Shown here: piece after piece, positions 56,621 to 64,000 of the stretch
Layout of the letters: every line of letters begins with the position of its first letter
Numbering within the stretch: the stretch's first letter is position 1
Assembly (NCBI RefSeq): GCF_006345805.1
Contig: NC_043008.1
Span: 46,562,001 to 46,626,000 of the forward strand
Origin: Octopus sinensis
Taxonomy: Eukaryota
Direction of reading: 5' to 3'
Length of the DNA: 64,000 nucleotides
Position numbers and translations under genes: made by a program
The notes under the pieces: generated by a model
Database searches by the model: none
Told to the model about the DNA's origin: nothing
Seen by the model: the letters and a program-made list of their open reading frames with translations, nothing else

Positions 56621-58370
56621 TATCAATTTATATATATATACATATACATATATATATGAATGTGTATATATATACATATATGTATATATTTGTAACTGTC
56701 TCGTATCTCGTATTCACTCAAAAATCAAGACTCTTAAATATTTTAAATAAAAATCGTATACAATAATCGTATAGAGGTAGGTCTATCTTGTTTTTACTAA
56801 AAAAGCAAAACTCTAATATATATTTTAAATAGATATCTGCGAACTCTTCCACTGGTGTTCCTTCTTTCTAACTGTACCTGTTTTAGAACACAAAGAAACA
56901 AATAGTATTTGTACGTTGCCAAAATTTTAATTGACTATATAATTAATTTAATTTAATCTAATTTAATTAACCCAACTTAAATCAAATAAATTGCTAATAC
57001 TTCCTAATTCTATTCTAAGTTTAATAAGTAATGCTACTCTCTTAATAATAATATAAAGAATTTTCACTATAATTTTCACTATATTTTGAATAAGCAATAC
57101 TCTCACACCTTTTACTATAGAGATTAATTGACCTCTAGGTATAGACCTAAAGTCTGTCTTACAATGTATAAACATTAGTATAAATAGAAACAATAATAAA
57201 TGAATAACTAAATAACCTCCTGTTCTAGTTTTGCACTTAAATTTCTGAATGTATTTTCCTCTACTGATAGCCTTTGACCCCTTTGATACTTTCTTTTGTT
57301 CTCTTTATATTCTTTAACTCGCCATTAACTCTATAGGAGTGGCAGTTAATAGCTGTATGATGGTCAAAAATAATGTTCTCTTATAAATTAGAAATCTTAG
57401 ATTCCTGCAACACTGACCTAGATTTTCTGTCACCACCGAAATAAACAAAACTGTAGGTTGTGTACTTTTTTCGTGTACTTATTTGGGCGGTTTCTGCTTC
57501 ACAGACGTCTTTTGCGACTTCTTTTAGCCAATATAGCCAATCCCTTCTTCCAACATAGTAGTTTTGTGAAACGAATAGAAGTATGATCAACATCTTCTCC
57601 TCATATATCAGGAAATCACATCTACATTATTATGGATACATTCATTTTCTCTGAGAATAAAATCTCTCCTCATATCTCCGGGAATTACACCTGCATTATT
57701 ATGGATGGATTTACCTTTTCTGTGAAGCTAACAAACTTTTTTAAAAACCTTTAATAAAACTGTGCATCATTAGAGAACATTTAAGTCTGCTTACAATCTA
57801 ACTTTGCTTTTCATAGAACTCTCTTCGATGCTTCATGAGTGTAGACTCACCCACTAGGATGTTTGCTGCAATATTTGCAGCTTTTAATAAATCTGTTCTT
57901 CGTATGAAACAATTGTACTGAACAACTAATCCATTCTTGTTGCTTTTTTCTTGTGTATATATATATATATAGACTCGCACGTTGTTGATCGTCTGTTTCT
58001 ATACGACCTACTAGACGTATGTCTCATGTATGTACACATGTATTTATACGTAAGCATGTCCTTACATTCAAACGACTCGCGAACAGGTGTGTATATTTAC
58101 TCGTAAAATATAATCAATTATAGGGTGGTTTATAGCCATGTCTCTAATATAAACACAGGCCAAACGTTAGCAGCTTGCCTTCTTCCTAAAGTGACAGCTT
58201 TGTAAATGAATCTCAAAATATATATTTTGCTTTTATCTTTCAGAAAGCCTCAAAACATGGCGTCCTTAATTATTGATATGTATATTTCGACAACAAAGAA
58301 TTCATACACAGATGACATTCTCAGTATAACATAATTTATTTCTTATGAATAAACATAGAAATATTATATA

Positions 58371-58458
<88 letters not shown>

Positions 58459-58687
58459 GTATGTGTACGTATATATGTATATACACACACACACGAACAC
58501 ATACAATACAAATAAAATGGAGAGTGCGAACACAGAAAATCAATTTATTTACATAATAGTAGTCAATTTCAACCATCAATAAGCACCAATTAACAAATTC
58601 CCCAAACATTAATCGATATGGAGCTAAGCCGGTGTACGCCAGTGTGAAATGACTCCATTTTTAAAGAGCATCATCTTTCAATTCGAA

Positions 58688-58726
<39 letters not shown>

Positions 58727-58930
58727 TCATATATATATACAAGTCCAGCAAAAATTTACATTCATATGAATATGGTACTTAAGTTGAGGCACCAAAATTC
58801 AGTACGGTATTATCCATACAATTTCAAAATAAGTTGACAATCAAAATAAGGAAGGATATCCAGAGGTAATGCAGTACGGTCGTTTCATTCAACTCCATTT
58901 AATTTAATTGTTCATTTATATTTGATATAT

Positions 58931-58974
<44 letters not shown>

Positions 58975-59078
58975 TATATATAAAGTTAATCCAAACAGGA
59001 AAACACAGAGAGAAAACACAACAACGCGAGGACGTGGAACAAGTATAGTATAGTATAGGACGTGGAAAAAGTGTATAT

Positions 59079-59126
<48 letters not shown>

Positions 59127-59164
59127 TATATATATATATATGTATATATAATATATATATATAT

Positions 59165-59295
59165 ATATACTCTCTGTTTATTTCATCGTGCTCCCTCCTA
59201 TTGACGAGCATAGGCTCGAAGCGCAAAATACTTTCTCGCATTCCCGAGCGTCAAACAAATTCCTCCTGCTTCTTGTTTATACATCTGTCTTCGTC
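59165..59295 (+). repeat. Same repeat family as 28665-28835
   Basis: ttgacgagcataggctcgaagcgcaaaatactttctcgcattcccgagcgtcaaac...tgtcttcgtcttttg. Confidence 0.5.
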
Positions 59296-59859
59296 TTTTG
59301 TTTTCTATAAATCCCAACAATATATTTGTGTGTTTGTGTGTGTATGTGTGTATATAGAAAAACGTAAATAGGGAGAAATACACTCTAAGATGTAGAGCAG
59401 TTAATATTATAATGGGAAAGACCGGTTTATGGGGTTATTCTGGGTTTCCACTCCAAGGGGTTTGGCCTTATGGCGTATCCACAGACCCCAAACCTGCTGA
59501 CATAAGTTCTCTTTAAAATACAGACTAGAAATGCGTCGCTGGGAAGGTAACCAAAAATCCCCAGGATCACGAACGTAAACGATTATCTTCCTTCGGCCTT
59601 GGCTATCGGCTTCCTTCTGTGCCCTCCCCTTGCGAATTCCAAAACGCTAGCAGAAATCTCCTAAAATGCAATCATCATCCGTAAATATCCGTCCTGGCGT
59701 TAAAGATGACCCCTTGTGCGAGCGAGTATTTTAGGATCTTGGCGCGTATTTTAGGATCTTGCATAACTTGCAACATTTCATCCCGTTGATGTAGGGGCCT
59801 GGGTTTTCGAGGATTTTACACGAGATCAAGTATGATATCCCATCGTCTGAATGGGGCAA

Positions 59860-60882
59860 TTAGTTGGAAATTCTAAGAGTTGAATGAGTCTAATGGTTCT
59901 TCTGAACGCACGGTAGCTCGAAGAATTCCCTCTGATCGTTCGGATAAAAAGAAAGACTCCTGAGTTTGATAGTGAGATCAAAGACACCATCTACAACGAT
60001 CCCTCCAAGTCAGTGAGCTCCATCGCCAGGGAGATGGGAGTGTATCAGATGCTTATACAAGATGAGAAGGGGCCATTTTCTATCCCTTGCCATCAAAGAC
60101 AAGAAGAAAGACCGCGCTCCCAAACTTTTGAACAAACTCAAGCATCTCTTCCAACCGAACATGTTTTGTTTATTCTCAACAGGGCACAATTTCTGCCAGG
60201 GTCAAATGGTGAACATACAGAACAACCGTTGGATTATCCAGTCCCCAAAACATGTACCAAGAGAGATAAATATCAAACATCCAGTCAACATCATGGTGTT
60301 TGGTGTGATTACTACTGATGATACGTTAGGCCTCCATTCATCCTCCCCCACAGCTTCAGACTCAACACGGAGGCCTACATCAAATGCCTGGAGGAGGTAG
60401 CGCTGCCCTGGATCAAGAGGGTGGCTGCTGGAAGGCCTTGTCTGGCAACAGGACTCAGCATACCACGCAAGCAGGAGAACCTAGTCATGGCTGTCAGACA
60501 ATTTCTGCGATCACATCACTCCTAAAATCTGGCCACCTAACTCCCCAGACTGCAACCCTATTGGTTATTAAGTATGGGACTCAGTTGACCGAGACACCAA
60601 CAGACGCCCTTGTAACACCAAAGATGAACTGAAGGCAAGGATTTTCTTCTATAAGACAGCATTCACTAGCTTATACCTTATAAAGAAACCGTCCAGAAGA
60701 ATTCCAGGAGAGTCTGAGTCATCTCAGAGTCCGTGGTTGGCGCCAATGGCGATTATATTGAATAAATTTACTCTTTAGTATTTCAAGCTTTTTTTAATGT
60801 AATTTTGGTAAGTCTATTTGGTTAAATGAAAAGTCAGTAGTATCTTCATTTTTGCGTAATTTAGACGACAGTTTATTCCCCG
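59860..60882 (+). mobile_element. Tc1/mariner DD37D (maT) transposon relic, 5'-truncated
   Basis: NDPSKSVSSIAREMGV (HTH), KHPVNIMVFGVIT, YIKCLEEVALPWIK, QQDSA...WPPNSPDCNP(IG)Y with stops and frameshifts; spacing fits DD37D after restoring one deleted codon; putative right TIR ...ttagacgacagtttattccccg followed by TA. Confidence 0.8.
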
Positions 60883-61014
60883 TATATATATATATATATA
60901 TAGCAATTAAGGACAACTTCTTAATAAGGAAAACTTAACAAGAAATTATCAGGTAGATAGCGTGAAAGACCTCATAAGAGAAAAAATTTCGAAAATAATT
61001 CTTTCTTATTGAAC

Positions 61015-61107
<93 letters not shown>

Positions 61108-62329
61108 TGTGTGCATGGGTGTGTGTGATAAGGCTTTGATTGTTGATAAGCTTTGGGACATCGGAGAACCCGTAAGTTACTTTAATAAATATGTTTGTTT
61201 TTTTTAAATTTTGCTGACAGGAATTGTTTTGTGTTGATCACTAATTTATGTAGCTATTTGTAAATGGATTGAGATACTACTTTAGAATTTAATCCTCAAT
61301 TTCTATTTATATTTTAGTTGACAGATTACGCACACTGTGTAATATCGAGTAACGACAGGCAGGAACATGTTATTCCCAGTGAATATAACAATCCATAAAC
61401 CTGCATGACAGATAACTTTCAAAGACTTAAACAACTGACACATATTACTTTAAAAACGTATGACGTGTGCGACCGATCGATCAAATGCAGCCGATGTCCA
61501 ATAAATATTCCAACAATTCTTACCAACCTCTGAATCGACAATTCTGCGTTCGTGGTTTCCTATAATTATTTTAATGAGATACAATTTGGAAGTGGCTCAC
61601 AGGGAAGAGGTCTGTCTACAGCCGATTTCTCTTGGACTACAAATAATGAAACTACCAAACGTTACAACCTTCCGATAAGACCAGCTGTTAATTCACCAAT
61701 AGTGAAAATATTCTCAAAGAAATTTATACTTAGTGTAAGGTAATCAGCAAAAACATGAGAAACTTTCCATATTCTGATACAGTTTTGTGTGAAGCACTGA
61801 CTGCACCCAAATGCAATCGATTCCATCTAAAGCGGCGTTATTGAAATAACATCAATTTCAGCCAATTAGAAACTAAATTCCAACCGAAATCATTTTTGTA
61901 AGAAATATCAAGTTAGAACAATATTCGATTTGTGACATAAATCGATATATTCGGTGAAATTTATTTAATACTAGAATTCCAACACTTTGTGCACCACAAT
62001 ATATGTAATGACACATCACTCTGAAGCATTGCAATAGAATTGATAATTTCTCTTCCACGCCAAATTATATTCTAATTATAAGCAGATATATGCCAGGGAA
62101 TCACTCTAGAAAAGGTTATTCAATGCTTTAGTGTAATATTCAGAAAGGATATGAAATGTGCAAACATCGACTGATAGATTGGTGTAAGTACGTGTGTGTG
62201 TGTGTGTGTGTGTGTGTGAGAGCGCTCATGCGTGGCTGCGTATGTATATACATGGGGGGTAGGTAATGCAGTTCTATATTTCAGAGATGAGGGATTAAGC
62301 ACGTTATTTACATTATTTATATTTGACGG

Positions 62330-62500
62330 ATATTAGCGGCATTTCGTCCGTTTTTACGTTCTGAGTTCTAATTCTGCCAGGGTCGACTTTGACTTTCACT
62401 CTACCGGGACTGATGGAGTAAATACATGTTCAGTATTGCGGGTCTATTCAATCGACTTACTGCCTCCCCGGAAATTGCTGGCTTTCAGCCAAAATCACAT
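62330..62500 (+). mobile_element. SINE family 2, diverged partial copy
   Basis: ttagcggcatttcgtccg...gttctgagttctaattctgccagggtcgactttgactttcac aligns to 62650-62730. Confidence 0.6.
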
Positions 62501-62606
62501 CATTGTAATTTGAACATAATTACAACCATAATTACATCTTGAAGCCTTATACAAACCCTTGTCTCCTGAACGTTTAACAAAATAAACAAAGGACGGCATC
62601 AAGCGT

Positions 62607-63006
62607 TGAAGGCCGTGAGCTGGCAGAAACGTTAGCAAGCCGGGCGAAATGCTTAGCGGTATTTCGTCTGCCGTTACGTTCTGAGTTCAAATTCCGCCGA
62701 CATCGACTTTGCCATTCATTCTTTCAGGGTCTATTAAATAAGCACTAGTTACGCACTCGGGTCGATATAATCGACTTAATCCGTTTGTCTGTCTTTGTTT
62801 CTCCTCTCTGTGTGTAACCCCTTGTGGGCAGTAAAGAAATAGGTATTTCGTCTGTCATTCCGTTCTGAGTTCAAATTCCGCCGAGGTCGACTTTGCTTTC
62901 ATCCTTTCAGGGTCGATAAATTAAGTACCAGTTGTGGACTGGGGTTGATCTAATCGTCTGGCTTCCTCCACCAAACTTTTGAGCCTTGTGTGTAGAGTAG
63001 ACAAGA
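62607..63006 (+). mobile_element. tRNA-derived SINE (family 2) with internal partial duplication
   Basis: aaggccgtgagctggcagaaacgttagc head, B-box-like gagttcaaattcc present twice, core gtcgactttgctttcatcctttcagggtcgataaattaagtaccag. Confidence 0.75.
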
Positions 63007-63037
<31 letters not shown>

Positions 63038-63073
63038 TGTATGTATGTATGTATCTATCTATCTATCTATCTA

Positions 63074-63115
<42 letters not shown>

Positions 63116-63339
63116 TGTGTGAGTGTGTGTGAGTGTATTAAGAAAATGGAGGCGGTCAGAATATTGGGTAATTCTTTATTAGCAATTCCGTTAATTATTT
63201 TGTTTGAATTTTCCTTGTAAAGTTCGGATAAACAAACGAAAGATTTGATAAAGAATTATCCAAAATCCTGACCGCCTCCTTTTTCTTAATATACAATATC
63301 TTTACACCATTTCATACACACACACACACACACACACAC

Positions 63340-63374
<35 letters not shown>

Positions 63375-63721
63375 CTATATATATCCACAATGCAAATTGT
63401 CAGCGACATGAGTAAAATGTTTGGAGAGAAATTAAAGGTCACAGAAATTGGGGACAACGATTTTTTTTCTTTTCTAAGGGAAGAGACACAGGTACGCAGT
63501 AAAAATCCCTCTCAATGTGAAGAATGTCGGTGGGGAATGCGAGAAGGAAGGGAAATCTATAGTGTTGTAGACATCACCTGCTTGAAGAACAATCCGAACC
63601 TGCTAAGCTCCCGATTAAGGCAGACATCAACAACAATAGCATCTTCATGACTGTCACTTCTGCCATAATTGTCACGTGAATAGTAGCAGATTGAAGCAGC
63701 ATACATGTTTGTTTATGTATA

Positions 63722-63930
63722 TATCTTCTACTTGCTTTAGTCAATTGATTGTGGCCATACTGGGGCACCGCCTTTTTAGTCGAGTGTCATTACTTTATTT
63801 AAGAGTCCCTGATAATTATTACATCGGTCAGTTTTGCCGAAAGACTAAGTCACTGAGACGTAAATACAAAACCAGTTCTCAAGCGGTGGGTGGGGTGACA
63901 CACGGACAGAAGGACAGACAGATACACACA
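63722..63930 (-). mobile_element. SINE family 1, 3' half
   Basis: ggccatactggggcaccgcctttttagtcgag...ttttgccgaaagactaagtcactgagacgtaaatac matches the family 1 tail in reverse. Confidence 0.6.
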
Positions 63931-64000
63931 CCACACACACAAACACGAACACTCACACACATATCCTGTAAGTTTGTTTATATGAGACGTGTTTGAGTGC

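Noticed and set aside
56940-57240. Mitochondrial insertion (NUMT)
   Set aside because: AT-rich and mito-like in composition, but translation in the invertebrate mitochondrial code matched no mitochondrial protein or RNA I recognise.

Overview
AT-rich, microsatellite-dense animal genomic DNA. The repeat families look like those of an octopod cephalopod (inference from remembered repeat consensus, no database search). One convincing host gene is present: a single-coding-exon rhodopsin-class GPCR on the minus strand (53341-54648). Most other recognisable sequence is transposon debris: a near full-length but inactivated R4/Dong-clade RLE non-LTR retrotransposon (8430-~11750), several Penelope-like element (PLE) remnants with GIY-YIG endonuclease motifs, RTE and CR1-like LINE tails, a DD37D (maT) Tc1/mariner transposase relic, a hAT/Charlie-type MITE and three tRNA-derived SINE families. 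The most striking signal is a set of about a dozen minimal type-I hammerhead ribozyme motifs from at least five sequence families, mostly in inverted-repeat or palindromic units next to (TA)n. One unit joins a tRNA-derived Pol III head to a hammerhead (16731-17268). In another, the inversion junction falls at the predicted ribozyme cleavage site (29181-29907). All translations, alignments and RNA folds were done by eye.
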